Assembly (NCBI RefSeq): GCF_011386835.1
Contig: NC_088806.1
Span: 31,496,001 to 31,560,000, forward strand
Direction of reading: 5' to 3'
DNA: 64,000 nucleotides
Source: Chrysemys picta bellii
Lineage: Eukaryota
Shown piece by piece: positions 36,654 to 48,400 of the stretch (position 1 is its first letter; the number at the start of each line of letters is the position of its first letter). A program made the translations under genes and the position numbers. Under the pieces are notes generated by a model. That model was not told where the DNA came from. It worked only from the letters and a program-made list of their open reading frames with translations, and made no database searches.

Positions 36654-36900
36654 CCCGGCAGCCGCTCGCTGTGTTTACGGCGCAGCCAGCACGGGCCTAC
36701 CTGGCGGAAGGCAGGGCAAGGCCGAGGTGAGGCCAGACCGGAAGTTAGGCTGCCCGAAGGGCCGGGCGTGCAGGCGCAAGATGGCCGCCCAGGCTGTTTC
36801 CATGGCAACGGGCCTGGCCCCAGCACTGGCTCTTTGCGGAGGGGGCAGCAGCACCCACGTACGAGCCGCCGATAGTGCTGGCCAGGGGCTCCTCCACCCC
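36540..36900. promoter_or_regulatory. CpG-island promoter of MPZL3 with ETS, YY1 and RFX motifs
   Basis: ACCGGAAGT at 36737-36745; CAAGATGGCCGCC at 36777-36789; GTTTCCATGGCAAC at 36796-36809; dense CpG. Confidence 0.65.
36599..36653 (-). CDS. MPZL3: MPZL3 exon 1, signal peptide (55 bp)
   Basis: ATG CGG GCC TGG... encodes MRAWAAGGLLRLGLLLLS; donor G|GTGAGC; lies in a CpG-rich island; phase 1. Confidence 0.88.
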
Positions 36901-37019
36901 AGCCTGAGCACCAGGCATGTGCCCTGGGCACCCAGGGGTCTGGGCAGGTCTCTGGCTGGTCTAGCCCCGCCCCCGTCCTGTCCTAGCCTCGCCCCTGCCC
37001 CTCCCACTTTCCGCACCCC

Positions 37020-39590
37020 TCAGAGCCCCCAACCCTCCCCCCGCTCCTTGTCCCCTGACTGCCCCCTCCTGGGACCCCTGCTCCTAACTGCCCCCCAGGA
37101 CTCCACCCCCTACCTAAGCCTCCCTGCCTCTTGTCCCCTGACTGCCCCCTCCTGAGACCCTCCCCCCATCCTAACTGGCCCCCTAGGAGCCTACCCCCTA
37201 CCTGCCCCCTGACTGCACCAACCCTTATCCACACTCCCACCCCCAGACAGACCCCTGGGACTCCCACGCCCCATCCAACCGCTCCCCACCCCCTGACAGC
37301 CCCCCCCCCAGAACTCCCAACCCATCTAAACCCCTCTGCTCCCTGTCCCCTGACTGCGATTCCTCTCCCCACCCCTGCCCCCTGACAGCCCCCCCCCAGA
37401 ACTCCCAACCTCCCCCCCGCTCCTTGTCCCTTGACTGCCCCCTCCTGGGACCCCTGCTCTTAACTGTCCCCCTAGGGTTACCATACGTCCTCTTTTTCCC
37501 GGACATGTCCGGCTTTTCGGCAGTCAAACCCCCGTCCAGGGGGAATTGCCAAAAAGCCGAACATGTCCGGGAAAATGGCGGCTCCGCTCCTCCCCGACTC
37601 TTCGGCTCTGTTTAAGAGCCGGGCTGCCCGAGGCCCCCGTGCCTCCGGACCCTGCGCCGCCGGAGCCCGGGAGGGGAAGTGCCTGGCTGGGGGCGCAGGG
37701 TCCGGAGGCATAGGGGCTGCCCGAAGCCGGTAGCGCTCGGGCAGCCCGGCTCTTAAACAGAGCCGAAGAGGAGCAGAGCCTCCAGCCGCGGCGGCTCTGC
37801 TCCTCTTCGGCTCTGTGTAACTGACACAGTGTAAGTTACGCAGAGCCCCCGCGGCTGGAGGCTCTGCTCCTCTTCGGCTCTGTTTAAGAGCCGGGCTGCC
37901 CGAGCGCTACCGGCTTCGGGCAGCCCCCGTGCCTCCGGACCCTGCGCCGCCAGAGCCCAGGAGGGGAAGTGCCCGGCTGGGGGCGCAGGGTCCGGAGGCA
38001 TAGGGGCTGCCCGAAGCCCGAGCGCTACCGGCTTCACGGTTTGCCGGGCAGCCTCCAGACCCTGTGCCCCCGGCTGGGCGCTTCCCCTCCCGGGCTCCAG
38101 CTGCGCTGGGGAAGCGCCGGCTGGGGGCGCAGGATCTGGGGGCTGCCCGGCAAACCCTGAAGCCGGTAGCACTGGGGCAGCCCTTTCCGCGTGGCTGGGA
38201 GTGGAAGGGAGGAGGGGGCGGAGTTAGGGTGGGGGAAGGAGCGGAGTTGGGGCGGGGCTAGGGGTGGGGAAATGGGCAGGGCCAGGGCCTGTGGAGGGTC
38301 CTCTTTTTTTATTTATGAGATATGGTAACCCTATGTCCCCCAGAACCCCACCCCCTACCTAAGCCTCCCTGTTCCTTGTCCCCTAACTGCCCCCTCCTAA
38401 GAACCCCCCCCATCCTAACTGCCCCCCAGGACCCTACCCCCTACCTGTACCCTGACTGCCCAAAATCTTACACCCCAAACCCCCAGACAGACCCCCCCCG
38501 AACTCCCGGACCCCCCCCCCGTCTCTTGACTGCCCCCTCCAAAACCTCCCTGCCCCTTCTCCGACCCCCTGTCCCCTTGTTGTTGGCCTTCGCCTAACGT
38601 CTGTTAAGAACGCAGGGGAGGGAGGCTCCGGGCACCCAGCCACTCCACTCCAGAGGATGGCCCAAGCAACAGAAGGCTGTCATTCAAACAGTTTGATTTT
38701 TAGTGTGGCTACAATAAGCAATGTGACGTTGGCCTTCCCTCCTCTCCTACCCCATCCGGGCTACCTTGTCTGTTATCTCTTTTTTTTTTTTAATTAATAA
38801 AGAAAGAATGCATGGTTTCAAAACAATAGTTACTTTATTTTGAAGGGAGGAGGGTGGTTGGCTTACAGGGAATTAAAATCAAGAAAGGAGGCAGGTTTGC
38901 ATCAAGAAGAAACACACACAGCTGTCACACCGAAGCCTGGCCAGTCTGAAACTGGTTTACAAAGCCTCTCTGATGCGCAGCGCGCCTTGCTGTGCTCTTC
39001 TAATCGCCCTGGTGTCTGGCTGCTCAAAATCGGACGCCAGGCGATTTGCTACAACCTCCCACCCCACCATAAACGTCTCCCCTTTACTCTCACAGATATT
39101 ATGGAGAACACAGCAAGCAGCAATAACAATGGGAATGTTGGTTGCGCTGAGGTCTGACCAACAGCACCAGCGAGCTTTTAAACGTCCAAAGGCACATTCT
39201 ACCACCATTCTGCACTTGCCCATGCTTGCTGTGGTATGGCGTCTGCACGAACCATAACCCAGGAAAAAAGGCACAAAACGATTGTCTGCCGTTGATTTTA
39301 TGGAGGGAGGAGTGACTGACGACATGTACCCCAAACCACCCACGACAGTGTTTTTGCCGCATCAGGCATTGGGAGCTTAACCAGAATTCCAATGGGTGGC
39401 GGAGACTGCGGGAACTGTGAGATAGCTACCCACAGTGCACTGCTCCGTAAGTTGATGCTATCCACGGTAGCGAGGACGCACTCTGCCGACTTAATGCGCT
39501 TAGTGTGGACATAGCAATTGACTGTATAAAATCGATTTCTAAAAATTAACTTCTATAAAATTGACCTAATTTCGTAGTGTAGATATACCC
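37020..39590 (-). mobile_element. Internally deleted, left-truncated PIF/Harbinger element with a transposase C-terminal remnant (about 38957-39245)
   Basis: CRMVVECAFGRLKARW...IPIVIAACCVLHNICE is DDE_Tnp_4/HARBI1-like; terminal GGGTATATCTACACTACG ends at 39590. The N-terminal catalytic region is missing. Left boundary, in C-rich subrepeats, is uncertain. Confidence 0.8.
37473..38333. mobile_element. hAT non-autonomous element (GC-rich, internal repeats), nested in C-rich repeat sequence
   Basis: TIR TAGGGTTACCATA/TATGGTAACCCTA; perfect 8-bp TSD TGTCCCCC at 37465-37472 and 38334-38341. Confidence 0.92.
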
Positions 39591-41081
39591 TTAGGTTAGT
39601 GTGTTAATACTCTTCTTTTATCCAAACGCTTTCTCACCGTCATGAGGTGGGGGCATTGTGTCAAAAACCTCATTGCATAGTTTCATTAAATGACATCACT
39701 GCATCAAAATGTCATCATCTGGCAATGTAATGTCACAATATGATGTGTTTTCATAGGCCTCCAAAGCTAATTTTTGAGCCTCTCACAAGCACAAAACAAG
39801 TGGCAATCGTGTACAATAAACAGTGTGCAGAAATATATTCTGAGATGCAACTGGTGTTCTCAAAACTAGGAACATAAAGTTATAAATTAGTTTGGGTCCT
39901 CAGCAGAGGAAATTATTATATGCTGGACAGCATGTAGCTATGATTCAAATGAGAAAGCATCTAGGATAAACCAGATTGTAGTGCAACTGGTAAGGTGGGT
40001 AGGACAGTGAAGGAATATTGGATTGAAATGGATACAGTGAGATGAAAGGCAAACAGTATTTCTTTAAAGATGACTCTGGATTTACTTCCTTTCATGAGAT
40101 GGCAGTCACTGACAGCAAAATGAATGTGCTCAGGTATCCCTCACAAGTAACCTAGTCTTTGCAAACATTGGAGCTTGAGTGATAGATTGTAGAGGAAGAG
40201 TTGCCAGGAGGCAGGGCATATGAGTAGGGAGGGAAGATAAGGAGAAATGTTGTATCTGTAGCATCTACCTTCCCCACTCATCAAATAAAATAGCACTAGC
40301 TGGATTCCGAGATTAAGCAAGGTAGGTAGATAGATCCTACTTAATTTGCCTAGGCCTTACAATACTATTTTGAAGACCTGTTTGCTCTAAACCTGCACCA
40401 ACTTCCCTTGGGAGTTCAATTTATTTAAGTATTTGTGGGTCAGTAGCTTTCTAATCTCATGCCTCAAGCCACCCTTCCTTCAGAACCACACTTGTTCTAG
40501 AGCCCGGTCCAAGAGTCTTAGTTTATGCCTTTTTCAGCCCAACAGTTGCAGGAAGACCTAATGAGTGCACTCTGGCGGGACTGGATATCAGCAGGAAGGC
40601 CCTGCAAAATAAGTGTATTATACAAAGGGATCTGAGGAAGGTTACTTAGTGGATAAAAAGCTGGTCCTGATATAAGAGGCACTGTGCAAGTCAGCACATG
40701 GGAATAAACACAGGAAGTAGTTGAGAGATGTTCAAAGACCCTTGGCCATCAACTTTCAACTGAGCTCTGGAAAATTACTATGCAGGAACAGCCCAGTCTG
40801 GTACGGTAGCCCCAGGTGCCTATCACAATCACCACTTACGAAAGGGATCATTATTGAGCAAAGCAAAGTGCTCCCTTCCAAAGGAAATGAATGCATTTCT
40901 GCCTCCCACAAGCAAGCAACCCAGGGACTCCTGCATGTCAGTGCTCTGCACAGTTAACTAGTCCAGTCTCCCAAAGAAAATAATTCATTTTAAGTTATAT
41001 TTATGGTAGGGTCTTGTAAAAAAACAAAAACACTTTCTTCTGGCGTTGTGGAAAGTTCATACTAAACATACCCACTATGCA

Positions 41082-41817
41082 GTGTAGTTGTAGCATGTTG
41101 GTCCCAAGATATTAGAGAAACAAGGTGGGTGAGGTAATATCTTTTATTGGACTCTTGTCTCTCTCACCAACCAGGGCCGACTCTAGCTTTTTTGCTGCCC
41201 CAAGCAGCAAAAAAAAAGTGCCGCACAACCCCCACCCCAGCTGAGTGCCGCACCGCCCCCCCCCCCAGCCAAGCACCGCCGGAACCCCCCCAGAGCACCG
41301 CCCCCCGCGCCACCCCCCCGCCGAGCGCCACGCGCCGGAGTCCCCCCCCTGCGCCGAGCGCCGCCGGAACCCCCCCCCCCACGAGTGCCGAGCCCCACGA
41401 CGCCCCCCCCTGCCGCCGAGCGCCGCCGGAGCCCGCCCCCGCCCCCTGCCAAGCACCACCGGAACCCCCCTCCAGCACCGCGCCTGCGCCGCACCCCCCC
41501 CGAGCGCCGCGTGCCGGCCCCCCCCCCCGAGCCCCACGCTGCGCCACACCGCCGGAGCCCGCCCCCGCCGGAACCCCCTTCCAGCGCCGCGCCCACACCG
41601 CCCCCTCGCCGAGCCCCGCGTAACCGGAGCCCGCCCCCCCCCCAGCGCCGCGCCGCCGGAGCGCCCCCCCGCGGAATGCTGCGCCGCGCTCCACCCGCCG
41701 CCCCTTACCAGGTGCCGCCCCAAGCATGTGCTTGGGTGCCTGGTGCCTGGAGCCAGCCCTGTCACCAACAGAAGTTGGTCCAATAAAATATATTTATTTG
41801 ACCCACCTTGTCTCTCT
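41082..41817. mobile_element. Fold-back mini Penelope-like element (second family) hosting a hAT insertion
   Basis: Inverted arms agagaaacaaggtgggt...ttttattggac and gtccaataaaa...acccaccttgtctctct; homologous to 32758-32846; flanks ACTATGCA/ACTATGTA form a TSD (7 of 8). Confidence 0.65.
41172..41761. mobile_element. hAT non-autonomous element with a GC-rich internal low-complexity tract
   Basis: TIR CAGGGCCGACTC/GAGCCAGCCCTG; perfect 8-bp TSD TCACCAAC at 41164-41171 and 41762-41769. Confidence 0.92.
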
Positions 41818-44599
41818 ACTATGTACTGTGGCATCCATTGTTTTCTTACCATAATGAACTTGTGCAGTAAACCATCTAGTTTTTCAATTAAAAACAGGCA
41901 AGTAGGACATGCTTTAATACTAAAAATGGTTTATTTACATACAATGACTTGAAAAGCTCATTTAAAATAAGTTACAGTACAAAAGAATATCTGTCTGCAC
42001 AGATGGGACACAGCCCCTTACTTACTGTAGTTTCTCTGTGCTGAAACAAGTTTTGCAGCAAAAAAAAAAATGAAAATATCAAACGTGTCGATAACTAAGC
42101 AGCTGTTTGATTAGTATAAAAATGCTCATGCACATCATCTAGATACTTCCCATGAGTCTTGATCCTACAAGTTGTTCCATGTGAGCAGCCCCTGCACCCA
42201 ACCAGAGCCCTGTTGAAGTAAATGGGTCTCCTCTCTCTTGAAGGGGTCTGCCCAAGCAGAACAGCAGGCAGGATCAGGGCCTTGAAATTGACAAGCAGAA
42301 TTAGACAATTATGTTTGCAGAAGAGGAAGTAGAGAAACTATGGAACGCAGAATGAAGGTAATACTGCTCTAAAAATTGCTATTAAAATGAGTAGCTGAAT
42401 ACAGATGGTACGTTCAACTATAGGATGTGGGTTTCCACAGCTGTGTCCGATAATTCAATTTAATCTGCAGTCAGTTCATTTGAAGATCCAAAATAGTAAC
42501 AGTACAGACTCCATAGCTGTGACTTGCACTAGACCCTCTATATGATTTTGGGACTTGGAGGACAGAAACAAATTTTGGGTCAAATGACATTTGGAGAGTT
42601 TGGCTAAGCTGGGTTTACCTATATTAATGTCTTGTGTCCAATGTTTTGTTTTTAGTTTGAAGTGAGATTGAACTCTGTACAAATACGCTCCTTCCCCAAC
42701 TCACTGCTCCAATCCTTCTTTCCTTGAAGTCAATGGGAGCTTCGCAGGACCGGAGCCTTTTTAGCCCATGGTGTGAAATGTTCCTCCTTGGAATCCTGCT
42801 GTAACTGTATGTGGATCCCAGTTCCAAAGTTAGAGTTGTTCAATGAGGGCATAGAAAGGGTATAAGATCCGAGAGGAGAACAGTAGCTACAGCAGGAAGA
42901 AGCTGTTGGCAATTCATTTCTGCATTGGTTGCTGCTTCTTATATGCATTCCAGTGCCACAGCGTTGTGCTGCATACAAGCTTACTTATATTGCAACAAAA
43001 TGTTATCCTTTAGTCACTTAGGGGTGTACATTAAAACTCCTCTTTTATCCAAATCATCATCACTCATTGTCAGGATATGGGGGCACCTATTCCATTGTGT
43101 CAAAAAACAGAACAACTGTGTGTTGAGGACAGGCTGGTTTGCAGTTTCTCTAGGCTTACATTGGGGTAGTTATATGGTCACAGCTTCTGACGGTCCACAA
43201 AACGAATTTATTTATGATACCCATGATAGGAAAAGAAAACAAATGAACTGAGATAATATAACAAGCATTTCACAGGCAGGGCCATAAAAACAAAACTACT
43301 TGTTAAACAAACAAGCTCATATTTTGATTTAATGCCAATTAAATACAGAAACAACTCCGAGGTGTTGATTATTTGTGTTTTTTATTTTAAACTGAGATTT
43401 GCAGCAGCACTGAATCTGATGTGCTCACCACATATTTAGTAATAAGATGTGCTACTAGTAACCTGGAGCAGTAATTAGCATTGAGACAAATTCCTTGTGC
43501 AGCAATTTGCATATCTAAAAAGGGAGCTACTTGCATCACTGAGAGGTATCAGTGCTGCTTTGGACCTCCCAGAATCTTGATACAATGGAACCAAGCCATC
43601 GAACTTTGATATGAAATAAAACTTTACTGTGATTAGGCACAGCTGGTAGTGTTTATTTAGGAGAGATTCTAGGCTGGAACAGAAGTGGCTGTTGCAAGCC
43701 AAACTTGAAGGGCATCTACAAACTGTGCATAGGTCCTGGGAAACAACGAGGGGTGCTGAAGGTCAGGACTGAGGTGAATCAATAGAAATGAGTTCGGGGG
43801 AACCAGGTCTGGAACAGCAAAGGGAAGTCCGGATTTTGGTGCATCAGTAGAATAGGAATGGGCAGAGACTGCCATAGAATCTGCCCTCACTGCAGCTGAT
43901 AATAGGCAGGGTTCTCAATCTGTCACTTTCAGACACACTAAGTCACCTAAAATGTCAAACAAAGTCAAACTGAAAAATGCATCCACTTCTAAATACCATT
44001 CCAGCCAAAGAAACGGCACACGATCCAAAACTGTAACACTTTCCACTTGGCGTAACAATGGGATCAAAACCCCGTTCTTGCAATAAGCTGTCCCTGTGAT
44101 CAAACTGTCTCATCATTCTTCTTATTAGAAACATTTAAAGAGCTTGTGAGAAAGGAAAAATAGTGCAAACCAAATTTAAGAATTAAAGCGAGAACGAATA
44201 AGAGTGTGGCAAGCACAGACAGTTTGCAATGGGAATGGGTTAACCACTGCACATTTTCATTCAGAGTGACTATCATTCTTCCCCCCCATTTTCTTTTCTA
44301 CAAATATGGTGGGGGGCGAGGGGGTTGTTTTGTGGGGAGGGAGGGAAAAACAGTACAAAAAAGTTCAAAAAAATTAAAGGCATTTTTCCAACTTTCTTCC
44401 ACAGACCAAAATGAGAATTTTGAAAATTCTGTTCCTGAATCTTTTAATTTCTTATAGTTCTCTTGGGATTTTTCCTCTTCAACAGAGCGAATCAAATGAA
44501 ATTCTGCAAAGGACGTACATTTCTCCAAATGGCTACAATGGGATTGAAGACCAAAGACAACTTCACTGTTGATAGGACAAGTTTCCCTGCGTTGTTTCA

Positions 44600-44763
44600 A
44601 TGGAAGGAAATAAGATCTCACACTGTATTTTAACCCCACCGTCTTGCCGTGGCACAGATTTTAAGGTGAACAGGGATACCACAGTTGCAGCATCAGACAT
44701 CTGTAATTCAGCTTTGTTCTAACATCTGAAATCACAAGGATTAGCCATCTGCTTCTGAAACTT
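44600..44763 (-). other. Candidate start of the MPZL2 non-coding terminal exon (3' UTR; distal end undefined)
   Basis: Strong acceptor tttttttccttcccgtagcttctcccctgcAG at 44765-44764, downstream of the post-stop donor. Confidence 0.5.
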
Positions 44764-45334
44764 CTGCAGGGGAGAAGCTACGGGAAGGAAAAAAAAGACA
44801 ACATATTACTACAACATTCTTGGGACTTAAAATAGTGAAGGCAGATGATGATATCAAAAAGTGGGAAGGTAAAATGATGTATAAATGCACCAGCAGAGCC
44901 TATTAGTAGCAGCAGGAATGTTCTTCCTGTAATGGCCTTAAAACAAGGAAGGCAAAGGGAATCTAAAAGCACAGATGAAAATGGCACTCTTATTTATCCA
45001 CAAAACAGCTACATACTGGGTAGCACCTGTTCAAGCTTCCTTACCAATGAGCATCAACCCTGACCTGGAGAAACCTCCTGTAGGGTTGAGAGGGAAGTTC
45101 TGTCTCCATTGCCTATTCAGGCCTTGTTCGGTCTCTGAGGCTGCCAACGAGGAAGCCAGTCAGTACTAATGGTGACTACGGCAGTAGCAGTTTTTGTAAT
45201 GTGGATACCATCACCTGTCTGCTAGGAACTTACCTGAAACTTACCCACTCATTTCACACAGGTCATGGAACAGCCACGTAAAAAACCCTCTTCAAAACCT
45301 GCAGCGGGTCAGAAAGCTGTTAGAAAGCACTTAC

Positions 45335-45427
45335 CTGCACTGGATGTACTCTTTAGTCAGAGAACCTTAGTCTTCTAATGGGACAGCTACCTTCTCTTCT
45401 GAACTCTTCAGCTTCTCCTTTTCCGTT
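45335..45427 (-). CDS. MPZL2: MPZL2 exon 5 (coding 45367-45427, then 32 nt of 3' UTR up to a donor)
   Basis: Acceptor ggcttttctAG; encodes (L)[19 protein letters not shown]; donor CAG|GTAAGT at 45334. Confidence 0.9.
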
Positions 45428-48400
45428 CTAGAAAAGCCGAAAGCAGCCATCAGACCCCCTGCCCAACTGCCCCGGGTTCTGAGTCACAAGGAGGTAATAA
45501 GCAGGGATTCTAGAAATCCGTTTGCCTTGGAAAAACATGAAATTTGGTTTGTTTGTTTTTTTAAAACAATCTTTAGTTTTTACTTTTTTGAAAAAAAATA
45601 AAAACTATTAATTAAATTTTAGTGAAGTGACAGCAGGAACCCCGCTGCCCAGGGCGTTTCATTTTACGCACAAAAAAACACGGATTTTTATATTTTTTTA
45701 AATAGGAGAATTCTGGGGTTTTTTTATCACTGAAAACTAGACTCCCTGGCAATAAGCCTGTTAAGTGGCAGGTCCACAGACAGCTCCTGGGGTCTGCACT
45801 AGGGCGGAAGGGAGAATCTATCATTCGGATTTCAATTGGCTGTGACCCCTTCCCCAGAGGTATCCCTGCATAGGTGACACATCCCTCAGTCCCACTGTCA
45901 GCACAGCAGCCCCCTTGATATATCCTTGACCCATTCGCACTCTGCTAAATACCAGTTTGTGTTTGGCTGGAAAAGAAAATACCAGTCGTAGCACTACATG
46001 ACCCACCCAAAGGTCCAGAGGGATGGAGGTGAATAGCGGGGATGGAGTCAACAACCCCTGGAGATCCAGAACAGCACTAATCTCCACTGGTGCCCCAAAT
46101 TTGTTCCCAACGCATCTCCCCAGGTGCCCCAGCTGGCTAGCCAGCCGGGAGAGCACAGGGTACAGTAACTCTATACGCTAGAAGACATGGTTTCCTCTAG
46201 GTTCCTTTATTTGCATGGCAAGTTCATTACATTAGTTGGTTACATGTGTTTAGGCCACAGCATAGCTGTATGTTCCTGTAAATTGCACAGTAACTCAATC
46301 ACAGCTGGTTAGACATGATCCCAATCACTGCCCCACTTTCACCACCTAAACCTTTCGGACAATGGGTCCATTGTGATCAAGTCTTTTAATGCCACTACCC
46401 ATAACACTGCATTCAGCCTTCACTCTGGTCCCCCTGCAAACTGCTCACTAAACCCCAACACATCACCCAGCTGCAATGCCTTTAACTACAGAAACAACGA
46501 GGAATCCTTGTGCCACCTTAGAGACTAACAGATGTATTTGGGCATAAGCTTTCGTGGGCTAAAACCCACTTCTTCAGATGCATGGAGTGAAAAATACCGT
46601 AAACAGAATATATATTATAGCACGTGAAAAGGACTCCTCATTGTTTTTGCTGATACAGACTAACACGACTCCCACTCTGAAACCTTTAACTACAGAGTAT
46701 CTTGAGAGCCATGAGACAAGCAAATGCTGTGGCCACCAGCTCCTTTTTACAGCGTTCGGATACTGACCCTTCCTACCAACCTGTAGCTGTTCAGTTTTAA
46801 GTGGCTGTAAGCATTCCTGCTCCCTTCTAGCAAAGAAGCTAGTTAAATTCCTTCGGAGCTGTAGTTACACTTGATCAGAAAGTAATGAGTATTTGATGTA
46901 CCCCTTGGTTTAGCAAACAGAAGCTAGGGTTTCTCCTAATCACACAGGACATATCCTCTGTATCAGCCACTACTCCATGGTGCTGTGCTTATCCTTAGAC
47001 CAGGCAGAGCAAGCTTCCCCCACACAGACATCTCCACAGTTGGCTTCTATCCTGACTTGATGGACCCCCTCCAGGGATAAGAGGAGGAGCTCATTTACTC
47101 TGTGAGCTCCCTGGTGTGACTACCAACAAAGGGGCCAATTATTGCCAGTTGATGGTAGGTTTTGCACTATAGACTCTTGGCTGCCCCCGTGCTAGGCACT
47201 GGCCAGACCCCTATGAAGATATTTTGAGGTTTCCCAGAAGCCCCTGTCCTTACAGTTCTGTCTCCACCATCTCAGTGCTCTTCTCTTGCTGTCTGTTCCG
47301 ATAGTGTCGCCAGACAACTACCATTATCACCACAATGATCATCAGAGCACAGGCAGACCCTATGACCAGAGCCAGGATGTGGATTTCCGAGAAATGCACT
47401 GCACAGAAGAGAAACAGGTGAGAGAGAGGGGAGCTTGGTTGGGAAGGGACTTAGCAGAGGGCTGGGAGTCAGGAACTCCCGAGTTCAGTCCTTCCTCACC
47501 CACATCCCTTATTGCATTAATTTACTTTCCTGATACCTCCCCTTGGTAATCCCTTTCCCTTCGTGCATTCCCCCACACTTGGTAGGAGATCATCCTTGTG
47601 CCAGTTCCCTGTACAGCTAACTTCATATTGACCACGACAGTGCCCCGGGCCACGTACCTTGCTGCACAACACGGAGTTGGATTTCGCCAATCGTGCCATC
47701 AACATCTGGCGGGTTCTTCACCTGGCAAGTGAACGTCCCATTGTCAGTGGGATTCAAGTTCCAGACGACGATGGAAGCATCGTTCCGGTCAATGTTCCCA
47801 TCCCAAGTAACTCGCTCTTTAAACCGCCCACTGGTTGGGGGATAGGGCTCCTCATAGTAGTAGAGCACCTGGATGGTCAGAGAGGAAGCTTCATCATTAC
47901 TGTGCAGTGAGACTGCGCCCTGCCCTGGGGAGGAGCAACCTGCCTGTCTGGAATTGTGCTCAAGCCCATTCTGCAAATGCTCAGAGCATTTATAAAACAG
48001 GCAGGACAGGGATCCCGGTGTCTCCATCTCAGTTTGGGGGCAAGAGAGGCAGCATGGATGGAAAGCAGCCATGCAAAGAAGCCTAGACAAGCATGGTGGG
48101 ATGGGACTGAGGGGACACGTCCCCCTCAAATTCTCTCTCCCCTGTTGATGTCTCCTTCACAGTGGCTGCAGGTGTCCTGCACCCTGACCCCATTTTCTCA
48201 CCTCTGAAAGCAGCTGCAACTTCACATTCACCAGGGGCCAGTAGGGAGCCAGCAGGGCCCCCAGGTAGCACAGGCTGGAGAAGGTGCGTGGCTCGGGCAG
48301 GCAGGCAGCTGTGCTGCGTCAGCCTCTCACAGCAGAGCTCAGAGACCATCTGACCCCTCAGGGGGGATCCCTCCTGGGGCACACCAGGTTCAGGCTGGCC

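Noticed and set aside
35862-37408. Multiple 100-266 aa Gly/Pro-rich ORFs on both strands
   Set aside because: They are translations of the 38-bp minisatellite and C-rich repeats around the CpG island. Only the 55-bp exon 1 has splice and homology support.
38957-39343. HARBI1-like ORF as a domesticated host gene
   Set aside because: It lacks the N-terminal catalytic aspartates, has internal deletions, and is adjacent to a transposon TIR.
41112-41952. Overlapping 130-246 aa Arg/Gly/Pro-rich ORFs
   Set aside because: They come from the GC-rich low-complexity interior of a TIR/TSD-bounded hAT element.
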